A stretch of 64,000 nucleotides of DNA. Origin: Deinococcales bacterium (lineage in GTDB: Bacteria > Deinococcota > Deinococci > Deinococcales > JAAFIG01). Each line of letters begins with the position of its first letter. Positions within the stretch are counted from its first letter, which is position 1. The stretch lies in assembly GCA_031414595.1 (NCBI GenBank), contig JANNVX010000088.1, positions 192,001 to 256,000 of the forward strand, read 5' to 3'. The position numbers were made by a program, and so were the translations under genes. This document shows positions 31,536 through 42,095 of the stretch, in pieces. Under the pieces are notes generated by a model. It was given only the letters and a program-made list of their open reading frames with translations, was not told the origin of the DNA and did not search any database.

Positions 31536-32750
31536 ATGAAAGTTTGGTTTTTAATGCTACTTATGTGCTTAGTGGCTTGTACAGGTTCAACTGAACCCGA
31601 AAAAGATTATCAATTGGTCTTTGGCATAGCCAACCTGCCTAGCCTGTCTGGGGTTTTGGCAAATTGTGCGACTCCTTTAAGTGTTGCTGGCGGTATATTG
31701 CGAATAGATTCGCGTAAAACTGAGACAGTAAACCCAACTGGGAATTGTAATTTTATAGCCACTCCAAGTGTTCCATTTGACCTCGAGCGAAGTGTTCGAG
31801 TGGGTACACTGGATACTCGAGCGCTGTTTGTTTCTTTGCCTAAAGCCGGTCAGGTTCAGGCGTACAATAGCCAAATCAGTACGGTACTGTGGACTTTTCC
31901 GTCGGTAGTTGCGCCGTTGCCGACTGGTTGGACAGATTTTTGTCCGACCCAATTGGCGCTCTCGAGCAGTAACATCGCCATCAACAATTCGCCTTCAGAA
32001 ACTTTTTTGTTGGTACTCGATGACCCCAAAGAACCAAAAGATGATTGTACCTCCCCTCGAGAAAATGCGCGGTTGGTGGTCTTAAACCGTGATGGGACAC
32101 GCAAAGGCTGGCTCAATCTTGATTTTGCAGCTCGAGTCAATGGTCAGATTCGAGTGGTTGCTTCAGATACCGAAATTTATATTTTATATGCCGATAATGG
32201 CGCTTCGTACCGCATTGCTCGGCTGGCGTTCTCGAGTTTAGTGGACGATACCAAGTCCACAAGTTTGCAGTTTTCGGAAAGCATTCCAATTTTTAGCAGT
32301 CCGGGTACAAATTTAGCCTTGGCGTTTACCAATTTGGGTTTACTGGTTGGAATTGGCGGAACGAGTGGCAGGGTTATTCCAATTTCTTTTAAGGACAACA
32401 AAATAGAATTGGGGGCAGAGTTACGTGAAACGACCGAAATCTCGGATGCGATAGGCGCGACCCAAGCTATTTTTTGGAATCGAGATAGCAACAGTAACTT
32501 AAGTATTTTTGCAAGGGAACGCCCAGATATTTTACTACGTCGAGTAACAGGTGTGACTGCCAATAAAATCAACCGCAATTTTAACACCCAAGACGGTATT
32601 TTTACCTCCGACAGCAGTTTTTGGGGCATCAGCAACAATGCTTTTTACCGACTTGATGTCTTTAATTTCCCAAACATTCAAACCCTGCAAGGACTGACCA
32701 ATCTAAGTGATGCCCAAATAACTTCACTCACTTGGCTGATTGGCAATTAG
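31536..32750 (+). CDS. Hypothetical lipoprotein (beta-rich)
   Basis: LVAC lipobox; 404-aa ORF. Confidence 0.7.
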   Translation: MKVWFLMLLMCLVACTGSTEPEKDYQLVFGIANLPSLSGVLANCATPLSVAGGILRIDSRKTETVNPTGNCNFIATPSVPFDLERSVRVGTLDTRALFVSLPKAGQVQAYNSQISTVLWTFPSVVAPLPTGWTDFCPTQLALSSSNIAINNSPSETFLLVLDDPKEPKDDCTSPRENARLVVLNRDGTRKGWLNLDFAARVNGQIRVVASDTEIYILYADNGASYRIARLAFSSLVDDTKSTSLQFSESIPIFSSPGTNLALAFTNLGLLVGIGGTSGRVIPISFKDNKIELGAELRETTEISDAIGATQAIFWNRDSNSNLSIFARERPDILLRRVTGVTANKINRNFNTQDGIFTSDSSFWGISNNAFYRLDVFNFPNIQTLQGLTNLSDAQITSLTWLIGN

Positions 32751-32759
32751 AATGGGCTT

Positions 32760-33317
32760 ATGAATATCGCCGTGCTGATTTACCATGATGTCTTAGACTT
32801 TGAAGTCTCGAGTGCCATGACTGCCTTTAGGACTGCCTCGCGGTTTACCGACTCGCCACTTGAGATTTTCACAATTCACCGCACCCGAGCCAGTGTGCTT
32901 GGCGCAAGTGGTTTGGTCATGACCCCAAGTTATGCCATGAGCGCCGCCCCAGAACCTGATGTGCTGATTGTACCGGGCGGAGTGGGAATCGAAAAACTTT
33001 TTAAGGACAGCATCAGTAAAGATTATTTTAAGTTGCAAAAAAAACGGGTTAAGCACTTGATTCTCGGCACAAACGCAGCGCTTTTATTGGGCGAATATGG
33101 TTTACTTGAGTCTCACAGTGTCACAGCTTTTCCAACTTTGCTCGAGACCCTCTGGAAGTACAACCCGAGCGAGGTACTCGATGCTCGAAGTGTGACCGAC
33201 GCAAATTTAAGAAGCATTTCTAGGTCAAGTGCAATGCTAGAAGTCTGCTTGGAGGTAATTGACCTCGAGTTTGGCGTAGGAATACAAGTGCGGCAACACT
33301 TAGGCTTACGTTTTTAG
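32760..33317 (+). CDS. DJ-1/PfpI-family protein lacking the elbow Cys
   Basis: IAVLIY..LDFE, GASGLVMTP and DVLIVPGG. Confidence 0.8.
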   Translation: MNIAVLIYHDVLDFEVSSAMTAFRTASRFTDSPLEIFTIHRTRASVLGASGLVMTPSYAMSAAPEPDVLIVPGGVGIEKLFKDSISKDYFKLQKKRVKHLILGTNAALLLGEYGLLESHSVTAFPTLLETLWKYNPSEVLDARSVTDANLRSISRSSAMLEVCLEVIDLEFGVGIQVRQHLGLRF

Positions 33318-34868
33318 GCGTACTGCCAAGGCAATCCTAAACTGCATTTCAGGCAGATGGAGAGAAAATCCAATCAGGGTCTCGAGTCGTCCTAAGCGGT
33401 AAGCAAGAGTGTTTAGGTGTATACCGAGTTTCTTGGCGGTTTTAGATTGATGAAAACCAGTTTGTGCCAACATCTCGAGGGTTTGAATCAGGTCTGGGTG
33501 CGCCTCAAGAACCCCAAAAATATCTTGGAGTAAGGTTTTTGTGGCACTTGAAGTGCGGGCAGTCTCGAGGATTCGTTCAACCAGCATCTGTTCTAAACGG
33601 TGGATTCCAGCCGTTCGGGCATCTTGGGCAAGGGCTTGTAATTCTGCCACAGCATTTTTAAGATTTTCGGGCGTGGCAACACTCGAGCCAATCAAGGCAG
33701 CCGTGTTACTCAAATCTAATCGGCTGAGCAGTTTTTCGATTTTTTGGTGGTCGTCAGGAGGTAGTAGCAGTACCCGACTAAGCGATAAAGTAATCAGAGG
33801 CGCAGCACCCAAATCCTCGAGTAAGGTTGCGACTTTTCCAGCCAGTAGTTCTCTCGTTCTAAATCCTTCAAGTGTGCCTAGTACCGAATTACTAACTTCT
33901 TTAGGGGCATCGGTACGCTCGAGCAACGACAGCAGAATCGGTCGGTAACGCTGATTGGGATTGTAGCCAAGCAGTCGCGCTCGTTCTTGGAGCAGATTAT
34001 CCGAAGCCCAAGAACCACTCAGTAACGCATCCACCACATTGTAATTAAGCCTTGCCTCGATTAGTCCTCTGGTTTGTTGTTGAGCCAAATGCACCGCAAA
34101 GACCGTGGCAGCGTGAACCAGGACTCGGGACTCGAGTTCTAAAGATTGACTTCGTATCAGCCATAATGCGCCCCTAAAACCACCAGCATCACGCACCGCA
34201 CACGCCATACGGTCTATGGCAACCAATGGCTCGAGGTTTGATTCGGTGGCTTGCCAGTGCTGCGGAATACTCTGGTCTGGCAACAGTTTCTGCCACAAAG
34301 ATTCGGTATTGGCATGTGAAACAGCCAGTATTCGGCGCTGTGGGTCGGTAAAAACAATACTGGTTTTAAGAATTGTACTAAAGGCATCGGTTAAGTCTTG
34401 CAAGGATTTAGCAAAGACAGCCGCCTGAGAAATTTGGCGCTGTAAACGGTCGGCACTTTCGATCATGGCTTCTTTTTGGCGCAGTAAAACCAGAGAAATA
34501 CTTTGTGTAACATCCACAAAAGGCACTTCAAACGGCAGTTCAATCAGCGGAAAACCAAGTTCTTGGGCTGCCTCGAGCATCGGCACAGGAAAGGAATTTT
34601 GGAATCTTCCAATGGCTAGAATTAGCCCTGCTACTCCCATTTTGGCTGGGGTACTGAGAAAGGCTTTTTGGTCTTCGGTTAAGGTCGGAAAATTAACTCC
34701 GGTTGTTAAAATCAGTTCGCCACCATGCACCCAAGGTGTCCAATCGGGTTGCTCGAGAATATGTACGGTTCGCACAATTCGACTTGTACCACTGCTGCCC
34801 GCAACTATTTTTGCTTCCTCTAAAGTCTCGAGTTCTAGGACTTTGCCAACCGTGAGCGAATCTTGCAT
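33306..34868 (-). CDS. PucR-family transcriptional regulator
   Basis: VAGSSG..VHILE..WVHGGELILTTG ligand domain; TAKKLGIHLNTLAYRL HTH. Confidence 0.93.
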   Translation of the reverse strand: MQDSLTVGKVLELETLEEAKIVAGSSGTSRIVRTVHILEQPDWTPWVHGGELILTTGVNFPTLTEDQKAFLSTPAKMGVAGLILAIGRFQNSFPVPMLEAAQELGFPLIELPFEVPFVDVTQSISLVLLRQKEAMIESADRLQRQISQAAVFAKSLQDLTDAFSTILKTSIVFTDPQRRILAVSHANTESLWQKLLPDQSIPQHWQATESNLEPLVAIDRMACAVRDAGGFRGALWLIRSQSLELESRVLVHAATVFAVHLAQQQTRGLIEARLNYNVVDALLSGSWASDNLLQERARLLGYNPNQRYRPILLSLLERTDAPKEVSNSVLGTLEGFRTRELLAGKVATLLEDLGAAPLITLSLSRVLLLPPDDHQKIEKLLSRLDLSNTAALIGSSVATPENLKNAVAELQALAQDARTAGIHRLEQMLVERILETARTSSATKTLLQDIFGVLEAHPDLIQTLEMLAQTGFHQSKTAKKLGIHLNTLAYRLGRLETLIGFSLHLPEMQFRIALAVRLKT

Positions 34869-34884
34869 TGTGTATTTTACACAA
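34868..34884. promoter_or_regulatory. Candidate PucR-family operator TTGTGT-N5-ACACAA
   Basis: Perfect inverted repeat at the regulator start codon, inside the divergent promoter region. Confidence 0.65.
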
Positions 34885-34984
34885 ATTTACCCTATGAAAT
34901 TTAGTTGTTTTTCACCTCAAGTTTAGAAGCATGAGGATTGTAGACTTTCGGTGCATCGCAAAATCAGTTTGCTCAAAATTATTA

Positions 34985-35030
34985 TTTGCGGCAGGAGAAC
35001 CCATGTTTTTGCGGCAGGAGAACCCATGTT
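34985..35030 (+). repeat. Perfect 23-bp tandem duplication of RBS + ATG
   Basis: tttgcggcaggagaacccatgtt occurs twice. Confidence 0.95.
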
Positions 35031-36180
35031 AAAAGTTGCAGGAGCGGTACTAGCAGTCAGTTTTGGTATTATTGGCATCTCGGCACTTGCCCAAAGTGGT
35101 ATGACCAAGCTCGGTAAGGGCGAAGGGCGTGTCGACATTGTGGCTTGGCCCGGTTATATCGAACGTGGTGCAACCGATAAAGCCTATGACTGGGTGACAA
35201 GTTTCGAGAAAAAAACTGGTTGCAAAGTCAATGTTAAAGCCGCAGGGACTTCGGACGAAATGGTGACCCTGATGAACCAAGGAGTCTATGACCTTGTAAC
35301 AGCCTCCGGTGATGCCAGCTTAAGAATGGTGGCAGGCAAAACCGTGCAACCCGTCAACATTAAATTAATTCCGAGTTATGGCAAAGTAGACCAACGCCTT
35401 CGCAACGCCCCGTGGCATGTGGTGGACGGCAAAAATTACGGCACACCTTACCAATGGGGACCGAACGTCTTGATGTACGACACCACAGTATTTGCTGTTC
35501 CCCCAGCCTCCTGGAGAGTCACTTTTGAAGAAATGACCCTGCCCGATGGCAAAAGCAACAAAGGACGGGTTCAGGCTTATGACGGACCAATTTACATTGC
35601 CGATGCTGCCTTGTACCTAATGAAAAACGATGCCAGCCTTGGTATCAAAGACCCGTATGAGCTAAACGAAGCCCAATACGCTAAAGTTCTCGAGTTGTTG
35701 CGTGGTCAGCGTCCGTTAATTCAACGCTACTGGCACGATGTCAATGTCCAAATCCAAGACTTCACTAAAGAAGGCGTGGTTGCCAGTGGTGCTTGGCCAT
35801 TCCAAGTCAACACCATGAAAGCCAATAAACAGAATATCGCCAGTACCATTCCACAAGAAGGCGCTACTGGCTGGGCAGACACCACCATGCTTGGCGCAAA
35901 ATCCAAGCACCCGAACTGTGCCTATATGTGGATGGAACACAGCCTTAACCCAGTCGTACAGGGCGATGTTTCGGCATGGTTTGGTAGTGTCCCAGCCGTC
36001 CCAGCCGCTTGTACTGCCAGCAAATTACTCGGTAAAGATGGTTGCAAAACCAACGGGTTTAACGACTTTAACAAAATTAAATTCTGGAAAACCCCAACCA
36101 CGACCTGCAAGAGCCAAGGTACATGTGTGCCGTACAACCGTTGGGTCTCGGATTATGTGGCAATCATGGGCGGAAAATAA
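35026..36180 (+). CDS. Polyamine ABC transporter substrate-binding protein (YdcS-like)
   Basis: AWPGYIERG..YDWVT, TSDEMV, TASGDAS, QWGPNVLMY and EGATGWADT. Confidence 0.9.
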   Translation: MLKVAGAVLAVSFGIIGISALAQSGMTKLGKGEGRVDIVAWPGYIERGATDKAYDWVTSFEKKTGCKVNVKAAGTSDEMVTLMNQGVYDLVTASGDASLRMVAGKTVQPVNIKLIPSYGKVDQRLRNAPWHVVDGKNYGTPYQWGPNVLMYDTTVFAVPPASWRVTFEEMTLPDGKSNKGRVQAYDGPIYIADAALYLMKNDASLGIKDPYELNEAQYAKVLELLRGQRPLIQRYWHDVNVQIQDFTKEGVVASGAWPFQVNTMKANKQNIASTIPQEGATGWADTTMLGAKSKHPNCAYMWMEHSLNPVVQGDVSAWFGSVPAVPAACTASKLLGKDGCKTNGFNDFNKIKFWKTPTTTCKSQGTCVPYNRWVSDYVAIMGGK

Positions 36181-36182
36181 AA

Positions 36183-36232
36183 GAGCTATGAGCTATGAGC
36201 TATGAGGTTTTTTAGCTCATAGCTCATAGCTC
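36183..36232. repeat. Inverted heptamer tandem-repeat hairpin, (GAGCTAT)n / (ATAGCTC)n
   Basis: Three or more units on the left arm and about three reverse-complement units on the right. Confidence 0.9.
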
Positions 36233-36246
36233 GAGAAAGCCAAATT

Positions 36247-37257
36247 ATGACCCAGCATTTAACATCCAATGCCGTACTTCTCGAGTCGGTCAGTTGTACT
36301 TTTGGCACCCCTACTAAAACAGTCAAAGCCGTAGATAACGTCAGTCTCGAGATTAAGGAAGGCGAATTCTTTAGTTTGCTCGGTCCAAGCGGCAGTGGCA
36401 AAACCACCTGTTTACGTTTGATTGGTGGCTTTGAACGACCCTCAAGCGGCAGCATTCGCTTGTTCGGCACGGATGCCAGTCGCTTACCGCCTTTTTTGCG
36501 TGAACTGAACACGGTTTTTCAAGATTATGCTTTGTTTCCGCATATGACGGTAGCTGAGAATGTAGCCTATGCCTTAATGGTGCGTGGCGTAAACAAAACC
36601 GAACGCACAAAACGGGCTTTAGAGATGCTTGAATCGGTCAAACTAGGCGGTTTTGGCTCGAGACGACCCGCCCAACTGAGTGGTGGTCAACGTCAGCGTG
36701 TGGCATTGGCGCGGGCTTTGGTCAACCGTCCTCGAATTTTACTCTTGGATGAGCCGCTTGGGGCATTGGATTTGAAATTGCGTGAAGAAATGCAGATTGA
36801 ACTTAAGGCACTGCAACGTGAACTGGGAATCACTTTTATTTATGTGACCCACGACCAAGGCGAAGCCCTGAGCATGTCTGACCGCGTGGCGGTTTTTAAT
36901 CATGGCAAAATCGAGCAATTAGATGCGCCCAAAGTTTTGTACGACGCGCCCAAGACCGAATTTGTGGCGCGGTTTGTTGGCAGCGCCAATATCTTAGATG
37001 GAGCTTTGATTGGGCAAGCTGGTTTGTTTGCGCTTCGCCCCGAGAACATCCAAGTAATGCCATTACAATCTGCTTCTAAACTGCAAGGTGAACTGATAGA
37101 TATTCATTTTCTGGGCGCACAAACTCGGCTCGAGGTACAAGTCGGCAGTACCCGAATTGCGGCGCTGCAAAGTGGTGAAACACCATTGCAACGCGGACAG
37201 CAAGTCAGTTTGATATGGCAAGATTCCCATTTGCGGCAACTCGAGGTCAGGGCATGA
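36247..37257 (+). CDS. Polyamine ABC transporter ATPase (YdcT/PotA-like)
   Basis: [27 protein letters not shown] and a TOBE tail. Confidence 0.93.
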   Translation: MTQHLTSNAVLLESVSCTFGTPTKTVKAVDNVSLEIKEGEFFSLLGPSGSGKTTCLRLIGGFERPSSGSIRLFGTDASRLPPFLRELNTVFQDYALFPHMTVAENVAYALMVRGVNKTERTKRALEMLESVKLGGFGSRRPAQLSGGQRQRVALARALVNRPRILLLDEPLGALDLKLREEMQIELKALQRELGITFIYVTHDQGEALSMSDRVAVFNHGKIEQLDAPKVLYDAPKTEFVARFVGSANILDGALIGQAGLFALRPENIQVMPLQSASKLQGELIDIHFLGAQTRLEVQVGSTRIAALQSGETPLQRGQQVSLIWQDSHLRQLEVRA

Positions 37258-38171
37258 CTGGCGTAATACAGCGTTTCTCGAGCCTACTGCATGGTCGTCC
37301 GTGGTTGGCATTGTTGCTGCTCTTAATTCCGCCGCTTTTATGGATGGGGATTATTTATATCGGTTCGTTACTCAACTTACTGATTTATAGCTTTTATTCG
37401 CTCGATGATTTTACGGGTCAAGTCAAATACGAACCAACCCTGTCTACGCTGCAACAACTCTTCACCTCGAGCAGTAACGTGGATATTGTGCAGCGAACCG
37501 TTTTTATGAGCATCGCGGTAACGGTTGCTTGCGCTGTAATTGCCTTTCCAATTGCTTATTTTATGGCGTTTCACACCAAAGGAAATTCCAAAGCCTTCTG
37601 GATTTTACTGGTGCTGTTGCCGCTCTGGAGCAGTTACTTGGTGCGCGTCTATGCTTGGAAATTGCTGCTTGCCAAAGAAGGCATCATCAGTTGGTTTTTT
37701 GACACCCTAGGCATCCGTTTTGTCTTGGACTGGATTTTAACCCTGCCTGTGATTGGCGGCTTTAGCCTAAGCTCGAGCTACTTAGGGATGTTTCTGGTCT
37801 TTGTCTATGTTTGGTTGCCTTACATGATTTTACCGATTCAAGCCAGTTTAGAACGAGTTCCCAAATCCTTACTGCAAGCCTCATCTGACCTTGGCGCAAA
37901 ACCCAATCAAACTTTTTGGAAAATTTTACTCCCCCTGACTGTTCCCGGAATCGCGGCTGGTAGTATCTTTACGTTTTCCCTGACCCTAGGCGATTACATC
38001 ATTCCCGGCGTGGTTGGCGCACCTGGTTTTTTTATTGGGCAAATGGTCTACACCCAACAAGGCACAGCCGGAAACATCCCCTTAGCCGCCGCTTTTAGTC
38101 TTGTACCCATCGTGATTATCGGCTTGTATTTGGCATTTGCCAAAAAACTGGGGGCTTTTGATGCGCTGTAA
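37254..38171 (+). CDS. Polyamine ABC transporter permease (YdcU/PotB-like)
   Basis: [13 protein letters not shown] and an EAA-like QASSDLGA loop; ATGA overlap with the ATPase. Confidence 0.9.
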   Translation: MTGVIQRFSSLLHGRPWLALLLLLIPPLLWMGIIYIGSLLNLLIYSFYSLDDFTGQVKYEPTLSTLQQLFTSSSNVDIVQRTVFMSIAVTVACAVIAFPIAYFMAFHTKGNSKAFWILLVLLPLWSSYLVRVYAWKLLLAKEGIISWFFDTLGIRFVLDWILTLPVIGGFSLSSSYLGMFLVFVYVWLPYMILPIQASLERVPKSLLQASSDLGAKPNQTFWKILLPLTVPGIAAGSIFTFSLTLGDYIIPGVVGAPGFFIGQMVYTQQGTAGNIPLAAAFSLVPIVIIGLYLAFAKKLGAFDAL

Positions 38172-38173
38172 TC

Positions 38174-38233
38174 GCTATGAGCTATGGGTTATGAGCTACG
38201 AGTCTTCAAAGCCCATAGCCCATAGCTCAAAGC
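38174..38233. repeat. Degenerate inverted heptamer-repeat hairpin
   Basis: gctatga gctatgg gttatga gctacga ... tcaaagc ccatagc ccatagc tcaaagc. Confidence 0.85.
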
Positions 38234-38246
38234 CAAGGGTTTCTCC

Positions 38247-39053
38247 ATGACTCAGGCTTCTTGGGGTTTACGAATTGCGGCTGGGTTATGCGTTTTATTT
38301 TTGCATTTTCCACTTTTTATTATTGTCTTGTATGCCTTTACCACCGATGATAAAACCTATGCGTTCCCACCACCGGGTTTGACCCTACACTGGTTTGGTG
38401 TGGCGGCGGCTCGATCCGATATTTGGGCAGCCCTTTGGCTTTCGGTGCGTACCGCACTTTTGGCAACCCTGCTGGCAGTGGTGCTTGGCACGATGGTTGC
38501 AGCCGCGATGTATCGGGCTAATTTTTGGGGTAAGGAAGGGATTACTTTACTGTTTATACTGCCAATAGCCCTGCCGGGGATTGTCACGGGAATTGCGCTG
38601 CTCTCGAGTATTCGTAGGGCAAACATCGAACCGGGTTTACTAACGATGGTGATTGGACATGCGACCTTTTGTATTGTCACGGTTTTTAATAATGTAGTGG
38701 CACGTTTTAGGCGAATTTCGCACAGTCAACTCGAGGCAAGCAGCGACCTTGGGGCAACGGGTTGGCAAACCTTTCGTTTTATTATTTTGCCAAACATTGC
38801 TACAGCACTGCTGGCGGGTGGTTTGTTGTCCTTTGCCTTGTCGTTTGATGAGGTGATTGTCACGACCTTCACTTCAGGCACAGAACAGACCTTGCCGATT
38901 TGGTTTTTGAATGAGTTATTTCGTCCTCGGGATCGCCCGATTACCAATGTTGTGGCAATTTTTGTGATTGCCGTGACGATGATTCCAATTTTATTGGTGC
39001 AGCGTTTGACCCAAGCGGGTGAAGATTTACATGGCGGTGGCAAAACAAGTTGA
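38247..39053 (+). CDS. Polyamine ABC transporter permease (YdcV/PotC-like)
   Basis: [18 protein letters not shown] and [11 protein letters not shown]. Confidence 0.9.
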   Translation: MTQASWGLRIAAGLCVLFLHFPLFIIVLYAFTTDDKTYAFPPPGLTLHWFGVAAARSDIWAALWLSVRTALLATLLAVVLGTMVAAAMYRANFWGKEGITLLFILPIALPGIVTGIALLSSIRRANIEPGLLTMVIGHATFCIVTVFNNVVARFRRISHSQLEASSDLGATGWQTFRFIILPNIATALLAGGLLSFALSFDEVIVTTFTSGTEQTLPIWFLNELFRPRDRPITNVVAIFVIAVTMIPILLVQRLTQAGEDLHGGGKTS

Positions 39054-39223
39054 ATGATCTAATGTATATTCATGCAACTTAATGTATAATTATACAGATT
39101 AGTCAAATTGGCTAAGAAAATTATCAAAGCAAGTTCATGCAGTTGCAATACTCGGGGAAGCGGCACAGCACACAATCCTCCTTCCTCCTTTATCTTTCCT
39201 CCCTAAACCCTTTAGAGGTACTT

Positions 39224-40534
39224 ATGACAGCAATCCTAGAAAAACCAGTCTCTAACAACACCGCTCTGCTCGAGTTACGCGCCGCCCATGTCCCGCGTGG
39301 TGTGTCCGCCCTGACCCCAATTTTTGCGGCTCGAGCTTCAGGCGCGAGTCTTTGGGATGTGGATGGTAAGCACTTTATAGACTTTGCGGGTGGCATTGGA
39401 GTCTTAAACACTGGGCATACCCACCCTAAAGTTGTGGCAGCCATACATAAGCAACTCGAGGCGTTTACCCATACTTGTTTTCAGGTGGTGGCTTACGAGA
39501 GTTACATCCGTTTAGCCGAAAAACTGAATTCTCTTGTACCAGTCGCCAACGGTCACAGCAACAAATCATTTTTTGTCTCTACTGGTGCTGAAGCCACCGA
39601 AAATGCAATTAAAATTGCTCGGGCATTCACCAACCGCCCTGGTATCATCAGTTTTGATAACAGTTTCCACGGACGCACTTTAATGGGCATGAGTTTAACG
39701 GGCAAGCAAAAACCGTACAAACAAAATTTCGGACCCTTTGCCCCGGAAGTCTATAAAGCCCCGTTTCCCATTCCTTACCACGGCATCAGCACCAAGGATG
39801 CCCTCAATGGTCTCGAGTTGGTATTCAACACCCAAGTAGACCCTTCGCAGGTTGCGGCAATCATTATCGAACCCGTCCAAGGCGAAGGTGGTTTTAACCC
39901 AGCCCCAGCCGCCTATCTGCGCTCTTTACGCAACATTTGCAGTAAGCACGGAATTTTATTTATCAACGATGAAATCCAATCTGGCTTTGGGCGCACTGCT
40001 AAAATGTTTGCTATTGAACACAGTGGGGTCATCCCAGACATCACCTGTACCGCTAAAAGCATCGGCGGCGGGCTACCCTTAGCCGCAATCACTGGACGCA
40101 CCGACATCATGGACGCACCACACCCCGGTGGACTGGGTGGCACATACGCGGGTAATCCTCTGGCATGTGCGGCGGCGCTGGCGGTACTCGAGATTTTTGA
40201 AGAAGAAAAAGTCCTCGAGCAAGCCCAAGCACTGGCTGCGCGTCTCGAGACTGAGCTAAAAGCTTTAGAGCAACAGTACACAGGGGTTGGTGATGTGCGC
40301 GGACTAGGCGCAATGATGGCAATTGAACTGGTTAAAGACACGGAGAGTAAAAAACCAGATGCAGACAGTGCCACAAAAATCTGTGCGGCGGCGCTCGAGC
40401 AAGGCTTAATTTTAATTAAATGTGGAATGCACGGCAATGCGATTCGGATTCTTGTGCCACTCAACGCCAGCCACCAAGAACTCGAGCAGGGATTTAGCAT
40501 CCTACGCAGTGCATTTGCCAAAGTTTACGGCTAA
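39224..40534 (+). CDS. gabT: 4-aminobutyrate--2-oxoglutarate transaminase
   Basis: IDFAGGIGVLNTGH, FTHTCFQV, EPVQGEGG, DEIQSGFGRT and PLP-Lys TAKS. Confidence 0.9.
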   Translation: MTAILEKPVSNNTALLELRAAHVPRGVSALTPIFAARASGASLWDVDGKHFIDFAGGIGVLNTGHTHPKVVAAIHKQLEAFTHTCFQVVAYESYIRLAEKLNSLVPVANGHSNKSFFVSTGAEATENAIKIARAFTNRPGIISFDNSFHGRTLMGMSLTGKQKPYKQNFGPFAPEVYKAPFPIPYHGISTKDALNGLELVFNTQVDPSQVAAIIIEPVQGEGGFNPAPAAYLRSLRNICSKHGILFINDEIQSGFGRTAKMFAIEHSGVIPDITCTAKSIGGGLPLAAITGRTDIMDAPHPGGLGGTYAGNPLACAAALAVLEIFEEEKVLEQAQALAARLETELKALEQQYTGVGDVRGLGAMMAIELVKDTESKKPDADSATKICAAALEQGLILIKCGMHGNAIRILVPLNASHQELEQGFSILRSAFAKVYG

Positions 40535-40545
40535 GGAGTTCCATT

Positions 40546-42039
40546 ATGGCAAAGAAAAAATCGGTGGTTCTCGAGCATTACCCAATGATTGTTGGTGGTC
40601 TCGAGGTTCGGCACGGACAAGAAAATTTAATTGCCCCCGCTACTGGCGAAGTGTTTGCAACCGTGGCAGTCGGTACACTCGAGGACGTAAATCAAGCGGT
40701 GGCGGCGGCGGTATTAGCCCAAAAAATTTGGGGGGCGTTATCGCCCGGTGAGCGTGGTTTAGCGCTGTGGCGCTGGGCAGATTTACTCGAGGCGAACGCC
40801 GAGCGCTTAGCCAGTTTAGAAAGTCTTAATGCGGGTAAACCAATTAAATTAGCCAAATACGGTGATATTCCGGTAGCTATTGATAACCTTCGCTATTTTG
40901 CCAGTGTCGTGCGGCGGGTCGAGGGGGCGGCTTCGGGTTCGTATGTTGGCGGCATGACCAGTTTGATTCGCCGTGAACCGGTTGGTGTGGTGGCGGCAAT
41001 CACTCCTTGGAATTATCCGATGCTGATGGCGGCTTGGAAACTTGGTCCGGCGCTGGCGGCTGGCAACGCGATTATCATTAAACCTGCCCCGAATACGCCC
41101 ATCACCACCATCGAAATGGCGCGTTTGGCGATTCAGGCTGGCTTGCCGGCTGGGTTAATCAATGTCGTGACTGGCGGCGCAGAAGTTGGCGAAGCGATGA
41201 TTCGCCACCCCAATGTCCGTATGATTAGTTTTACGGGTAGCACCCGCACTGGCAGGCGGGTCGGAGAACTGGCTGGTAACGGCGCAAAGCGCGTGACGCT
41301 CGAGCTTGGTGGTAAAGCTCCGTTCCTGGTCTTTGCTGATGCCGACCTTGAAGCCGCCGTCCAAGGCGCGGTAGCTGGGGCGTTTGTCAATGCTGGGCAA
41401 GACTGCACTGCCGCCACTCGAGTTTATGTTGAAAAAAGTGTTTACGGTAAATTTCTAAAGCGCTTTAAGGAAGTCAGCCGCACCATCCGTATCAGTGCCA
41501 ATCTGACCGACGAAAGCACCGACATGGGTCCGCTTTCCAGTGCTGCCCAACTCGAGAAGGTTCATGCTTATGTACTCAGTGCCAAAAAACAAAAAATCAA
41601 AGTCGAACTTGGTGGCGAACTCCCAACAGGAAAAGGTTTTTTCTACCCCCCAACCATTCTGAGTAACGCCCCGCAACACTCGGATGTGGTGCAAGAAGAA
41701 ATTTTTGGTCCTGTGGTGGTGGTTAATTCATTCTCGACCGAAAACGAAGCCATCGAACTTGCCAATGACATTGCTTACGGCTTAGCTGCCAGTATTTGGA
41801 CAAAAGATGTACAACGTGCCATGCGGGTTTCAAATGCCCTCGAATTCGGCACGGTCTGGGTCAATGACCATTTACCGTTGGTCTCTGAAATGCCGCACGG
41901 AGGCTTCAAAGGCAGTGGAGTCGGTAAGGACTTAAGCCATTATGCTTTAGAAGAATACAGCATTCCCAAGCATGTGATGTTTGACACGACAGGCGACCAA
42001 CGCAAAGGCTGGCATTTTACGATTTTTGGCGACCAGTAA
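40546..42039 (+). CDS. Gamma-aminobutyraldehyde dehydrogenase (PatD/YdcW-like)
   Basis: PWNYP, FTGS, LELGGK, NAGQDCTAATR and EMPHGGFK. Confidence 0.88.
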   Translation: MAKKKSVVLEHYPMIVGGLEVRHGQENLIAPATGEVFATVAVGTLEDVNQAVAAAVLAQKIWGALSPGERGLALWRWADLLEANAERLASLESLNAGKPIKLAKYGDIPVAIDNLRYFASVVRRVEGAASGSYVGGMTSLIRREPVGVVAAITPWNYPMLMAAWKLGPALAAGNAIIIKPAPNTPITTIEMARLAIQAGLPAGLINVVTGGAEVGEAMIRHPNVRMISFTGSTRTGRRVGELAGNGAKRVTLELGGKAPFLVFADADLEAAVQGAVAGAFVNAGQDCTAATRVYVEKSVYGKFLKRFKEVSRTIRISANLTDESTDMGPLSSAAQLEKVHAYVLSAKKQKIKVELGGELPTGKGFFYPPTILSNAPQHSDVVQEEIFGPVVVVNSFSTENEAIELANDIAYGLAASIWTKDVQRAMRVSNALEFGTVWVNDHLPLVSEMPHGGFKGSGVGKDLSHYALEEYSIPKHVMFDTTGDQRKGWHFTIFGDQ

Positions 42040-42095
42040 AAAGCAGGCAAGGGCAAAAGGCAAAAGAAGTCCCCTTTCGCCTTTATACTCCCTTT

